A DNA stretch of 57,737 bases from Welwitschia mirabilis. Lineage: Eukaryota. A program made the translations under genes and the position numbers. This document shows positions 14,672-28,199 of this stretch, piece after piece (the first letter of the stretch is position 1; the number at the start of each line of letters is the position of its first letter). The stretch lies in NCBI GenBank assembly GCA_051453625.1, contig JBOZIK010000001.1:40365919-40423655 (forward strand). The letters run 5' to 3'. The notes below the pieces were generated by a model, which was not told where the DNA came from, made no database searches, and worked only from the letters and a program-made list of their open reading frames with translations.

Positions 14672-15049
14672 ACATGATTTTCTAATCTTCTAAAATTGAA
14701 ATTTTAAATGAAAAGCAATGCACATGCAATGAATGTAATGAATGAAAATGAAATGAAATGAATTGAAATGCAAATAAATAAATGTAATCAAAATATAAGT
14801 ACTAATTAATTAACCAACATATAGCCACTTAGGTTAACCCTCATAATCTATATCAAGTATAAAATAATTTCACTATATTGTAACCACTATACAATAAAAT
14901 AAAGTTAGGAGTATTAAATAAGAAAAATAAAATTCAATTAATCTTTATTTCATTAATCAAATTATCTTACATCCACTTATAAGGAAAAGTTCCTCAATGC
15001 AGGAATCACATCTCAAAACCAACGATACCTTTCTTACAAGCTAATATGG

Positions 15050-16205
15050 ATCAAAAGAATCAAAAGATACTAAAACATAAAACATACAAGAAATAAAAAA
15101 TTGAAAGTAATGAATCAAAAGATACTAAAACATAAACTACAAGTTTAGATGCACGTAGGATTTATAGTGGTTCGGGAACTCCCCTACTCCACTCTCGATA
15201 ATCAGCTTCTCCCAAGCTTGATCTCAGATCTCTGTTACTCCACAAGTTTTGCCAAACTCACCTATTAACCCTTACAAATGGACTTTTACAAGCTAAGTCT
15301 CAACCTTAACAATGAAATTTTGCAAGATAAGTCTCAACCTTTAACAATGGACTTTTACAGACTAAGTCTCAACCTTTGAAAACAAATAGAAGTGATGCAA
15401 TAAAGCCTTGGTAGCTTGCATATCACTTGTTCAATATGAATACAATAAATGGAGCTCTTCTCCAAATGAATACAATGAAAACATCCTTAGATCTGATTTT
15501 GAGTGAAGTTTTTTTTTCCAAAAATAGATCTCCTCAATCAGTTATAAATCAATACAAAGATGTTCCAATGAAATACACCACTTAATCTTTCAGATTTACA
15601 ATGAATATGCTAGTTTAGAAAAATGCCAAAAAGGATCTCTAGGTCATCTCTTACCTAGCTATTTATAATGGAGGGTTACTAGGATTTATTACAATTGAAT
15701 TACAACTCCAACAGCTATAAACGGCTAAAAAACGGTAAGGTAATGGCTAGGTAACGGATCCATAACATTTATGAGATTTACTTTTCCATACTGAACCATG
15801 AGAACTTGGTCGACCCCATCCTGGGTCCGGTCGACCCCTTTCCTCTCAGTCTGGGACTTGACTGTCAGCTCCTCAATCCGGTCGATCACATGAATAACCG
15901 ATCGACCCCTTTACATTCGGTTTAGGAATACCGGTTCTTAGGATCACAGGTCTGATCGACCCCTTCATAATCCAGTCATCCCCTCTAGGTTTAGTTCATA
16001 TCTTTGTATCTTCTTTAGGTGCGATCGACCCCTTTAGGATTCGGTCGACCCCTACTAGAGGTAAACATAACTGAGCAGTTTCTTTTGTGTATTTTAATCT
16101 AGATTTTTCACTTATAAAACTCAATCTCATTTGAATAGAATATGTAACACTTTGCACTATACCTGAGACATTAGTTTGACATCAATTGGCAAATATAATA
16201 TAACA
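15050..16205 (-). repeat. Second SIRE-type LTR (solo or truncated) with GGTCGACC palindrome array and 3 x ~34-bp tandem repeat
   Basis: tttatagtggttcgg..cctactccac near 15161, tandem caaccttaacaatggacttttacaagctaagtct at ~15265-15377, ctatttataat near 15659, about 8 (c/t)ggtcgacccc copies at 15808-16052, and a terminus ending taaca at 16205. Confidence 0.75.
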
Positions 16206-18213
16206 GAAAGATGTGAGGATAAAAGATTAAAGCTCAGCTAGTCTAAAAGATACCTTATGATAATAGAAGTAATATTGTTAGGGCATAAAATCTCTCAAAA
16301 AGGAATATAAACCAATGAGTAGAAAATCAGTTCTATAAAGGATATATCATCCCAACTAAACTCAAAAGCTTGGACGTTTTTAAGGAATATAGAACATTAT
16401 TAGAGATTCATAGCTAATGTTAGTAAACTTTCTAAATCCCCTTGATAACCTTTTGCAAAATGATGTTGGTTATGGTTGGACTTCTAAAAGTTAAAACACT
16501 TTTTTAAAAGATAATTAAAGAACTTATAATATAAAAACCCACTTAGCTAAAAGAATTTCATAAAATGGCTAATGCATCCATTCATGCTATTAGAGTAGTT
16601 TTAGGCAAAAATGATGATGAGAATAAACAGTATGCTAGTACTGGCAATTAAATTTAGCCTAATAGAATTATATAATAATTTAAAGGGAGTTGTCAGCAAT
16701 AGTAATAACATTAGAAAAATTTAGGCATTACATTTTACAATGTGAATTTAAAGTGCATACTAATCACAATGATATTAGATTCATAATGGAAAAAAAGGAA
16801 CCATATTTAAGGATCATGATATGAATATTACTATTGTAAGAATTTGACTTGAAAATAATTAATAAAAATGAAACTAAAAATGTAGTAATAGACTATCTAT
16901 CAAGATTTATATTTTTGAGATGAAAATGAACAAATCAATGTGGGGAATGAATTCTTTTATGAAAATCTCCTAAAATTTTAGAAAGATTCTTAATATATAA
17001 ATATAGCTAATTCCATAGTTTGTAAGCAATTACTATCATATCTAAGTGACTATGAAAGAAAAAAATTATCAATAGAAATCAAATATTACATATTGCATGA
17101 TAAAATTCTATTTAGAAAGTGTAAGGATGTTATCATCAAAAGATCTTTGGATAAAAATTACAAAAAGAAATTATTAAAAGTCACACAAAAAAGAAGGTGA
17201 AGAACATTATGGTACATGAAGGGTATAAAAATTCTTAATGTGGGATATTATTAGCCGATAGTATTTAAAGATTCATATGTGTATGTGTAAATTTGTGATA
17301 AATGTCAAAAGAAAGCGGCATGCTCTTAAAAGATAAAAAATGTCATAATAATGGATTTAAGAACTAGAGGCATTTAACATATGGGGTATCAATTTCATTA
17401 GTCCCATTAATTCGTCATTACATAAAAAGAAGTGTATATTAGTTTGCATTGATTACCTAACCAAGTGGGCTAAGCTTAAGGCTATATCCCATTTTTATTC
17501 TCAAACCATTATCAATTTCTTTCTTAAAGATATCACCTATAGGTTTGGAACAACTATGACTCTTATTTTGGTAACCCACTTTACTTGTGAATTTTTCAGT
17601 AAACTTCTCTCTAAGAATGGAATTCATCATAAACTTTCTATTTTATAGTATTCTTAATCTAATGGTTAATATAAAGTGACAAATCATGGACTAAATATAA
17701 TATTAACTAAAATTATAAATATCAAGAAAACAACTTAGGCTAAAAAGCTAAATTAAGCTTTATGGACTTATTGGATAACTTAGAAGAACAACATAGGATT
17801 CACACCATGTGAATTAATGTATGGTAGAAAAGCAACTCTACCAATTGAATTCAAAATAGAAATCTTTAAAATAGCTAAAGAATTAAATTATAATTTAGAT
17901 AAGGATAGAAAAGAATGGGTTAAAAATATGAATATTTTAGAAGAAAATAGAAAATAAGCTCTATTAGAAAAGGAATTAATATAGGAAAAAACACAAACCA
18001 TTTCATGATAATAAAATTAAAAAGATAAATTCAAAGTAGGTGATTCAGTAATAGTATATGATCTTAAAAAATTATACCCTAAACAAAATATGAAAAAAAT
18101 TATCTTGGACCTCATAAAATAATAAAAATCATTGGAAATAGATCTATAGAAATTTATGATTTTAAAGAAAAAGTGACACATCAAGTTAATGGACAAAGAA
18201 TTAAAAGCTTATA
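16206..18213 (+). pseudogene. Ty3/Gypsy (Athila-like) pol fragment: RT C-terminus, RNase H, integrase
   Basis: Translated remnants ILLGHKISQKGI (RT), LEKFRHY..KVHTNH..EFDLKI (RH), ICDKCQK, WGINFISP..CIDYLTKW (INT) and terminal VNGQRIK. No extra RNase H is seen. G-rich PPT candidate near 18590. Confidence 0.88.
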
Positions 18214-18662
18214 ATGACAAAAACTCTTTACTATAATAATTAAGAAATCCTTATAGATTGATGAGGATAATCCCACTCTATATCTTAAAATAAAATAATT
18301 TAGATGAAAATTAAGTCATAACTATTCTTTAAAATTAGTTCTAGTTATTAACTTTTAAGGTTATTAACAATAAAATTTTAATAACTTGAAAGTAACTAAG
18401 GTAATTTGATATGTGTTTGACAAGAGGTTATGCACCTTACTATTGATTAAGACATTGTGAAGCATTCCATCATTAGTTACAAAAAGAAAAAAGGAAAAAA
18501 AATCACAATGTCCTACTATAAGTGCACTGGGGAAGATATTTTTAAGAGGGTTCTTTGAAAATGTAAGATGATAGCTATGAAAACTCTTATGGGGGGGTTA
18601 GTTCATCATGATTTAAATTTGATCTTATAAGTCCTTACTCTTTTAATAGCAATTGCACTCTC

Positions 18663-18850
18663 TATTGAGAAATAGAAGCAAGAATCAAGAGCAAATTTTT
18701 TCCAAAATTAAATCTTTATTTCTCTAAAATATTCTCCATTACTTATTATAATGAATAGCTTGCTTTTAAAGGCAAGAAAACAATTAGGGTTTTACTATGG
18801 TTCTTATGCCCCCTAGGTGTATAACCATGGTGTGCTTACAAACTTTAGTA
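18663..18850 (-). repeat. 3' LTR of the short-LTR Copia
   Basis: Aligns end to end with 25062-25251, for example the shared atattctccattacttatt and ttgcttttaaaggcaag. Confidence 0.9.
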
Positions 18851-21800
18851 ATTCCCCACTTAATGTGGAAATATGTACTCTTCCAAGAAAAAATCTAAGT
18901 ACCCAAAGAAAAACCTTAAGAATGTAGCCTACAATAAAAACTCTTTAAAGAAGGAGTTGTGTGAGGAAACTACTTTGTTAAAGAAGTAGTCAATTTACTA
19001 TTACACATCCCATACCAAAGATAACTATCATGTGTATTACACATCCCATAATGCTAGCCCAAAATGTGATACACAACCCATAGTACTAGGTCATAATTGT
19101 ACTACATATCTCGTAGTACTAGGATCAAGAGTAACCTTAAACAAAGGTCAAAAGACAAATAAAGCCCATAATGTACAAGAAAAAATGAGTTTAAATTAAC
19201 TTATTATTAATCCAATTTGGGATTGAAATTACTGGAACTTCTCTTCATCAAGTATCTTTATTTGGGTATTATTTATTGGTTCTATAGTTGGATGATGTAG
19301 TAATGTAAGAATATGCTATATAAGTTCCTTAATTTTATGGACTAAATCCCTTGTGCCATTTTATATAAGCATTTACTATTCTTCTTTCATGGTTTAAACC
19401 CATTGATTGTGTACAATGGTTTTTTTTGAAAGAAGTTAGTTTTCCATTAAAGATCAACTAGAGCTTCTTGTTGTTATCATTATCAGATGTATGCGAGCCA
19501 TATCTAGTTCTAGTTTTACCATTCTCATCCTTGCGAACATCTTAGATAGTAGACTATAGTTAAGTACTTCGATGTCATCTCTTAGCAATATTAGCTTCTA
19601 CTATTAGAAAATCTACTGAATACCTACTACAACCATAATTAAATATTATGGAAGCATAAAATTACTCAATTCTATGAGGTGGTAAAGTAGACATACTTAT
19701 AGAAGGAATTAAAGAATTACTGGTGACCATATATCCCCCCTTAATTATAGAACATTGGCTATTCAATATGGTCACTAGGCTAGAGGAAGGATAAAGCTTC
19801 AAAGTACCAAGCTAAGAATTATTATTTAAAGCCTCTATAAAGATGAAATCATGAGAAATAATAATCTTATGGTGCTCTAGGAAATACACTTAATAACCCT
19901 TCTAGTTAGTTTGATATCCCACAAAGATTTTAATACAAGCATGTACTACAAATATTTCACGATGTTCACTTAGAATATGAACATAGCAGTTACAACCAAA
20001 AACATGAAAATGGTTTAGCTTCAACTTATACTCATATCACTTTTTAGTCGAAGATACTCCTTTTCAGTATATCAATCAATATGATTATTGAGATGTACTA
20101 CTTTATTCACTGCTTCATCCTAATGATAGGTCTTATAACCACTAAAATACATCATGGACCACACCATATCCATGATAGGGCAATCAAATTGCTTATTAAT
20201 GCCATTCCTTTAGGGGATCTCTAAGGTAGGTCTTCAAATGTTGAATTACTTTAGAAGTGCAGAAGTTCTTAAACTTAGTAGATGTATACTTTCCATTAAT
20301 ATCTTAGTGAAAAATTCTAATCTAACAGTCAACCTACTTTTTCATTTTAGTTTTGAACTTCTTGAAAGTATTCAAACTTTATAATTTGGATTTAATGAAG
20401 TATACCCAAGCCATATAAAGTAAAAAAAATCCGTGGAGAGTGGAAAGTAGTATAGGTCCATATAAATCATTGTAAATAAGTACAAGCTTTTTGTTGACAT
20501 ACCACTTACTTGGTGCAAATTATTATCTCGCTACTTTACCCATAATACATGCTTCACACTGAGGAAAATCGCATGTAATGAATGGAAGGAGTTAGTGGTC
20601 ATTCTCATACATTACATTCATTGTATAAGGAGTAGGATATCCTAGTTGAGCATGCCATAGTGGTGAGGGAGAAATATCATCTTATAAAATGGTATAGATG
20701 ATCTCTCACATTCTGACATAACCATAAAGATGAGTGAGTTTTCCATTCATGTGGTCTTTCATAACCAATTACTAATTTCTATTATAAATATCCACTAAGT
20801 ATTTCGTCATAGAAATATAGTGATCTTCTCGTAACAAAGTTGAAGGCAATAGAAGATGTAATCTTAAAGAAGGAACATACAGAACATGTAAAATATTCTA
20901 CAGAGAGTGATCTAAAGTTAAGGGTAATTAAACTATAGCCTTCCATAGGAGCTAATGTTCTATTTGCCAAATAAACATGACTTGATGCTTTGATGAAGTC
21001 ATCAAAATAATCATGCCAATAAGTTATATAATGAATTACATCTATGTAAAGAATCCACGTTTTGTTATGAGGTATGTACTCACTCATATCAATAAAGTCA
21101 AAGTTATTAAAGACTACATTAGATTCAAAATTTTTATCATCATTAAGAAAATTAAATTCTTTAGTAATTGTAGTTGTCTTAGATGTAGAATTTATCTTGT
21201 CCTCAAGGAATCTTACAAAAGTCAGTGGTATGACCTTGTATTCCACATCATAAGCACTAAAACTTATTCTTATTAGGAAAGTAGCATTTTAAACTTGCTT
21301 CTTGTTTTACTGAGTCTAATTTGCCTTCTTGTTTTTCTATCTCTATAGAGCCTTATCCTTATTATGATGTGATTCCTTTTGTGGATGGGATTTTCCAGCA
21401 GATTATTTATTTTGAGAAGAAGAACCATGATAATAAGAAACTTTGCGTGTAGCATTAGAGAAAGAACATCTTATAAAACTAAACTAACCTTCAGAGAAAT
21501 GAGATTCTTACTAAACATATTAAAATTCATATTTTTTAATTACTTACTACCATGTAGCAACATAATATAACTACACAAAGAGAATTCTTTCAAACAACAA
21601 TAGATCAAGTTAACATAATAAATGCAAACCTATTTTGTAAATCAATCTCTATTAACTTTGCCTTAATGTCTTGCATTTACATAATAAATTATCTCATATT
21701 TCCTTTTTCATAATAAAAACTATTTGTGCAAGTTATGAGATTAAGGAGCTTCAAATCATTTTTAGAGTGGAATATATTCATCAAGGTATAAAAGTTAATA

Positions 21801-22609
21801 TAGCTTATTTTAGTCTGATTAATTAACTTCTTATATTAATAGGTAACATATTTCCACATAATCTTCATTAATTTTTCATTAATATCTTGTTAAGTATCTT
21901 CTTTAGCCCAATCCTAAAAAGGTATATGATCATCTATCAAGAATTCTTTTCATAATCATAAATCTACATGCTTGACATAAAATCCTCAAGCCATACTTCC
22001 CATGACTGATCATCTTAGAGAGTAACTCTAATGTTGGCCATGATCCCAATGGTGAGTATGGGTGTGAAAGACTCTGATAATCATTGAAAATTACTCGTTG
22101 ATGATGATGAACATGCCATGTTGGAAATAGGATAGAAACCAAAAGAGAGTTAATACACTATGAGGTAAAATCAAGAATCAGAAGGATCTCACTCACATCC
22201 ACATCTAAAAGCGAGCTATCTGTCATACAAAGAAATCTTGTTAAACCCAAAAAATGATATAAAAAAAAAGGATCAAGGGATGGTATAGTCATAAGAAGAG
22301 TCATCTCACTCTCATCCACATAGTTTCAAGTAATCTATCCAAGTCATAATGCAATTAAAGTAAAGATATAAAATGTCACAATGGAAAGGTATAATGATAA
22401 TGAAAAGGGAATTAAATCCACAAATCGAATAATTAATCCAAACCATAAAATATGACAATTAAGAAACCCTCCCCAACCAGCAAGAGCCTATGTGCATGAG
22501 AAAGAAAAATAAAGATACATTGTTTCAAATTTATGTGCACAAGGTAGATTTTAACACAGAAGGCCTAAATTGATTATTAGATGATGAAAATGATAAAATT
22601 GATCAATTT

Positions 22610-22790
22610 TAAGTCTACTCCCAAATCTAGTTATTAATCATATCGTCTTCAAGGGTGATACCCGTGTCTCCAAAAGGAATAAGAAGATAGAATGTGAATC
22701 ATGTTGATGGGGCTTCCAAGGCATTGGTCAATTTCAATTACCTTAGCTATATACCTTTCTTAAGGAAGAGTAACATGCAATGCTAGAATC
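22610..22790 (-). pseudogene. Plant mobile domain (PMD, aminotransferase-like, MAIN/MAIL-type) remnant
   Basis: Across frameshifts the minus strand reads YIAKVIEIDQCL / WKPHQH / TFYLLIPFGDTGITLEDD (22695-22642) / LGVD. The PMD signature is [44 protein letters not shown]. Confidence 0.65.
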
Positions 22791-23909
22791 CTACCTAGAC
22801 TTAGTAAATTTTAAATTTTCTTAAACTTGCATTTCTTGATAATGAAATCTAGGTGGATCCTGCCGCTGTGCCTCTAGCCTTCATCCAATATAACCTTAAT
22901 TATCAAAGTGTACATGGGAATCTAGATGTTGAGGCACTGAGCATGTTTCTACTTAATAAAGATATGACTCTCTATATGACCTAAACTTTATAGTTATGGC
23001 AGATGAGGTTGCACAATAAGGTTTAGAAGGCAACATAGCTCCCAATATGGATTTTTATCTACATAAGACTCCCATATCAGCCACTAACTAAAATGTATTA
23101 CCAATAAAAATCATTAAGTATTTAAGGGATGCAAGGAGATTTCCATTTTTATTACTTAATTTAAGTAGGATTAATAAAATTATTAAGTGTGAAAAGTGAG
23201 AGAGAAAAATATCAAAAACACACAAGAAAAAGAAACTAATATTAGTATAGTTAAGCTAAGTAGATCTTGCTCACATCCAACTTAGCTTAATCTATCTAAA
23301 TCGCAAAAACAAGTCTAAGAGGAATAAAAAATAAAGTTAAGTGATTTTGCTCTGCATCCCAAATTGACTTGATAAGAGAGATTTTGGCTTATAAAAACTG
23401 AAAAATGCTATAAATCCTAAGAAAAACTAAAATAGAGAGAAAATATAAGCTCAAGAGCTAAGGAAAGAGAGCTCAAAAAATCAAATCAAGGGATATTGCT
23501 TAACATCCCAACTTGATTTGATTTAAAAAATGAGTTTGGTTTTATAAGCTTTTAAAAATACCCAAAAAAATCAAAAAATTAGCTTAAAATTCTTAAAAAT
23601 TAACAAAATACAGAAAAATATGCATGTGCATATAATAGAGCTAAAGGCCAGACAATTACTAGCTAAACTTCATGTATGTAAAATAAGGAAATGGTAAAGC
23701 AATTGCTTAACAACATTGCATGTGTACGAGACGTGAAAAAAATGGCTGACTAAAGTTAGCAATTTCACATGTGCATAGAAGAGGGTCAAATATGTAGTGC
23801 AAAAGCACATATGTGTAGGTCAAACAGGAAATTCCTTTAGACAAGCACAAATCTAGATGTGCAAAAAAGTCAAAAGTTGCCATCACAAGTTTTAAGGTAA
23901 AAATTTTTT

Positions 23910-23978
23910 CACTCTTGGACTTGAATCTATGACCTCTAAGTTGATAAGGAAAATCCTTTACCAGTAAGCTAATGCACT
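23910..23978 (-). other. tRNA-derived or SINE-head-like module with A-box and B-box
   Basis: Minus strand TAGCTTACTGG(TAAAG) is A-box-like (23961-23971). After a 33-bp spacer, (GAGGTCATA)GATTCAAGTCC is B-box-like (23917-23927). No intact cloverleaf. Confidence 0.5.
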
Positions 23979-25061
23979 ACTAGATGGATTTTTTAGGTAA
24001 TAAAAGCGATAAAAATAAGCATGTGACATGAAACATAGGCAACAAGGCAGAGAACACGACAATAGAATGAGTGAGTGAGAATAGCACACTAGAGAAATGG
24101 ACTCCTTAACAGCTGGTAGAAGTGGGTGTTTTGGAGTTAATAGTAGGAAACTTAGAAGCTCAGTGGACTGTGTCAGTGATAAGGTGGTAAAAGATGCGAT
24201 GGCACACACACTAATGCTAAGTAGATCTTCTAAAAAAACAAGTAGATCTTTAAGTTACATAATAGAGAAAATAGATGACGATGTCTATAAGAAACACAGT
24301 GAAGTAGGAAGCCAACATAGATAGTAGCATAGTAGCAAAGCACAATAGTATGATGCATGAAGCAGTGGTAATAGTAGTAAAGTTAGTAGCAAGGTGACAA
24401 GGAAAACATAGAGAAATGGTAGCAGCGATGACAAATCACAGACAGCGAAGTGCAAGCATGTTGGCATTGAAAGTGTAAGTGGTAGGAGTAGCAGAGAGCT
24501 AAAATGCAATGAATAAAGGAGGTAGTAGTTAAATAGTGCTGACTAGGTAGAGGGGCATGGTAGAGCAAGCTTAGGACAAGGTGATTGGTGGATCAGAACC
24601 CTTGCCAATAACACAATTCTTAAAAAAAATTATATTTCCTTAAAAAGAAAACCCCCAAGGAATGCCTCGTTGAAAAAAAGTGCATATCTCTTAAGAAAAC
24701 ATATGGCCCTTAAAAAAAAGAGAAATATTGACTCTTTTTAAAAGAATTTGATATTTTCTTTAAAGTAAGTAAATAACAATGTTTTTGTAAAACGAAAAAT
24801 AATTAACAAGTCCCTTTTCCCACAAAAATGTATTTTCTTTAAAAAAGAAAAATGGTAGAAAATGGGAGAAGAAAAAAAAATAAAAAACAAAGTTAGGAGC
24901 AAGAAAGAAAGGGTCAAAAGAGAAGCCTAAGAAACTCTTGAAAAGGGCCCAAAAAGACTTCAAATCTTCAGTCTTTAACCAAAGAAGCCACAAGAAGCTC
25001 CAAAGCTCAAGGGTGACTAAAAAGAGTTCTACAAGTTCTCTTCCAAAGCTTTGATACCCTT

Positions 25062-25251
25062 TGTTGGAAAATAGAAGAGCAAGAATCACAAGCAAGATTT
25101 TCTAAAAATCAAATATTTATTTCTTCAAATATTCTCCATTACTTATTACAATGAGGATCTTGCTTTTAAAGGCAAGCACATCATTAGGGTTTTACTTGGA
25201 TTTCCACGTCCTCCTAGCTGTATGACCACGATGTGCATACAGATCTTAGCA
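25062..25251 (-). repeat. 5' LTR of the short-LTR Copia
   Basis: TG...CA termini (tgttgg...tagca), adjacent PBS, and a match to 18663-18850. Confidence 0.9.
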
Positions 25252-25734
25252 CCTTCCTCCTTATAAATAAAAAGTTAAGGTATAGTGATGTTCTAAGAGT
25301 CATGTGAGGCATAACTATTTATGAACGCTATATTAGTTTAAAAAAATCAATATTGATATGGAATGTTAAGTTACAAAGTCATAGTTGATTACCATAACCT
25401 ATTCAATCACAATAGGCTATATTAAGTTAACATTTCATAACTTAACATTAAAAAAAACTTTTAAAATTATATCTTTAAAGTTAATATGGAATGTGAATCA
25501 ATCATATTTACTAAAGAATATGTGCATAACAATTAAATTTCTATTAAAGCAAAAAGGTAAGATTCTTATTTTTCATAATACTCCAAATGATTCTAAAGCA
25601 ACCTATTAACCCAAAGAACTTTTTTTAAAGTAACTTATATGATCATTTATATATAATGAAATCATAAATGATATAAACATAAAAATATTATATTTTAACG
25701 TAGCATGAAAGCGTTCAATTTTTTTTTTTAGTTT

Positions 25735-26045
25735 ACTACCTCATTCGGTGATCTATGGAGCCCAACGCCTCATTCGGTGATTTGTGGTTTATCTATTATC
25801 CCCATTGCCTCATTCAACAATCTATGGTTCAATAAATACTTAGAGGGTAATTAGCCTCTAAATACAAGAATCCAAGTCTTTATTTCTTTTTCCCCTTTAA
25901 AACAGTACATAAGCCACTTATTTATAAGACATAAGTCCTTTTAACAGAAATCCCTAAACAATGTGGGGTTAAAGAAAAAGCAAGGAAATATGCTAAGTAG
26001 CAAAATATAAAAATAAAACTATGGGGGTCACATCATTCCATCCCC
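25735..26045 (-). repeat. Probable 3' LTR plus PPT of an unclassified retroelement; contains 3 x cctcattcggtgatctatgg
   Basis: Minus strand caggggatggaatga (purine tract) is followed directly by TGTGACCCC at 26032. TATA-like tatttataa near 25919. Confidence 0.45.
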
Positions 26046-28199
26046 TGTAACTAGGCTCGGCCCCATCCATGAAGTCGCTAGCAGTACATTCCATGTCATA
26101 GTTTTATAGTAATAAATGTTTCATTACAAATCATCGAAACAACATTAGCATTCAAAAGACTAGAAAAGAAAAAATTTGATCACTTCAGGCCACAAATTAG
26201 TAAAACATAATGCCCTAAATTGACCAAAGAACTTATTCTTTTTGTTAGATCTCCTAGTCCTTGAATATCTAGATGAAGAAATCAATAAATGTATCTTACT
26301 CAGAGTTTTAAATAACATTCTTGTTTCTTAAAGGTGTGAATTCTAGAAAGTTATATAACCCTTGGGATCCCACACAGGCTTCTCAATATTTTCCTTATCA
26401 AAACTCAAAGCTGCTAGAGTTAATGTGGGATTCATGTCTTATAGCAAATTTATTCTTCTTGGAATTCTTTTAGTTGCTTTGCTAACTTACCTAAAGCTCC
26501 ATGTTAAACTGATCATTCTTGGTTAAGTAGTCTCCATAATTCCTCAGTCCTTAGCCTTAGATACCTACTAATCAGATGATGGATCATGGATCCAAAACAA
26601 GGGAGGATTACACCATGATGGAACCTATGTTTGCTATTCTACATAATAAAGGAACCCAGTGTATCTAGAACTTCAATAACAGACTTATAAGTGGAAAAAA
26701 GAAGGCTCAACTATATTCTCCATTCTAACAGCAATTTGAGGAAAGATGATCTCTGGATGCATATGTCTACTTAATTAAACCAAAGTTAAACAAACACCTT
26801 TTCACCTTCCTGGTGCTTGAGGCTACAACAAGAGAAGAAAGGGGGGTGTAAAGATCAAAAAAATTGGAAGCCATGATTAAACTAGTCTAAGATGAAGAAC
26901 ACTCTAAGAAAGGAAAATCATAATTTACTACTAAGAAGAGTATTGCTTATATAGTTTGCTCTTTCGTTTTGGTTTTTCTATTTCATATTCTTTGACAAGT
27001 GGTCACTTGTTTATAGTCTATGACATGACAAGTGTCAGTAAGATTGCAAAGTAGAAAACAAATCAAAATAGAACAATATCTCTTAAAGTGAGTAACATAC
27101 TTGAAAATAATAAATACTTCATAGGATCCTTGACATGAACTAGTTCCTGATCAATAAGCTATTCATTAATTGAGGAATCCTAAATAGATCAAGTACTCAA
27201 CTTGAAGTTGAAACTTTTGATTTATTATGAGATCAGTTTAGTATCTTTTAAAGCACTCAAAAGCCAAGATTTCAACGCAAATATCAAAGTGATCTACTAA
27301 TTCTTTCCAATACATCATTACTTTACTACATGGCTATTACACTGATTAATTCTTTGATTCAGAGCCATGACTCTAAATCAAAACCAAATTAGTGCAATTA
27401 TATTCTTGTAATTACTCATAATAAAAATAAACATATCTGTGTGTGACCAAAATGAGGTTAACTTATCAAAATAGAACCCAAGGTCTGAACCTGAACTTAC
27501 ATTGATCTAATAGGCTTCCATTACACCTCCCTAAATATCTTCGTCAATAGGATAAATGGAGTACTTGTTTTCAAATAGAACTTAAAGAAATTTAGTACCA
27601 AATAAAACATGGTTTGCCATAAAAAGATTATAAACCTTAGGCTAATGGCTATAACGGTAGATTCCAAGTTATTAACAAGTTGAACCAACTTTAAAGCGTG
27701 CACTATGAGGCATCTTTGTTATCCATGTGTCTTGATATATTAGATAACTTAACCTTCTTCTATGCCATCGACGGATTCAAATATAAAATAGAATATTGAA
27801 AATGATGAGCGATCTTTGTGAATAGTTAAAGAGGGGCATGTGTGGGTGATTAGAAAGGCAAGCAACGAAAGGAATAATGCAGTTTGGAGGCATTGAAAAA
27901 TCCATGAAAGTTGTCTGAAAAACAGGCACTCGTGATAACGATGGATTGATGATCTGATGGATTGGTGGTCTTATGGATTGATGGTTGTGGGGAAAGAGAA
28001 AGCAGGACGTTTTCAACTTTGTGATGATGCAACCATGGGATGCCACAATTTTCCATACAAAAGAAAATAACCTTATAACAAACATCTCGCATCGACAACA
28101 AAAAATAACGTGATAAAAGTCAAAAATTTGACGAATGCTTTTGCCTTGGCACGCTGAAACGTCGAGTGGAAGGGCAGATGGCCAATGGCCAACGGCGAA

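Larger units (their letters stand above)
18663..25251 (-). mobile_element. Copia element with ~190-bp LTRs, long leader, gag-PR-INT and an internal deletion of most of RT/RH
   Basis: LTR pair 18663-18850 and 25062-25251. PBS gctttgataccc at 25048-25059. PPT attccccactta after 18850. Flanks ctctc and ccttc are each one C->T from CCCTC. Gag ATG at 22119, PR motif TWILYID near 21050, INT ~19830-20640, RT start (W..TMKEE..NGTRDLV) at ~19340-19420 and then truncated. Confidence 0.88.
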
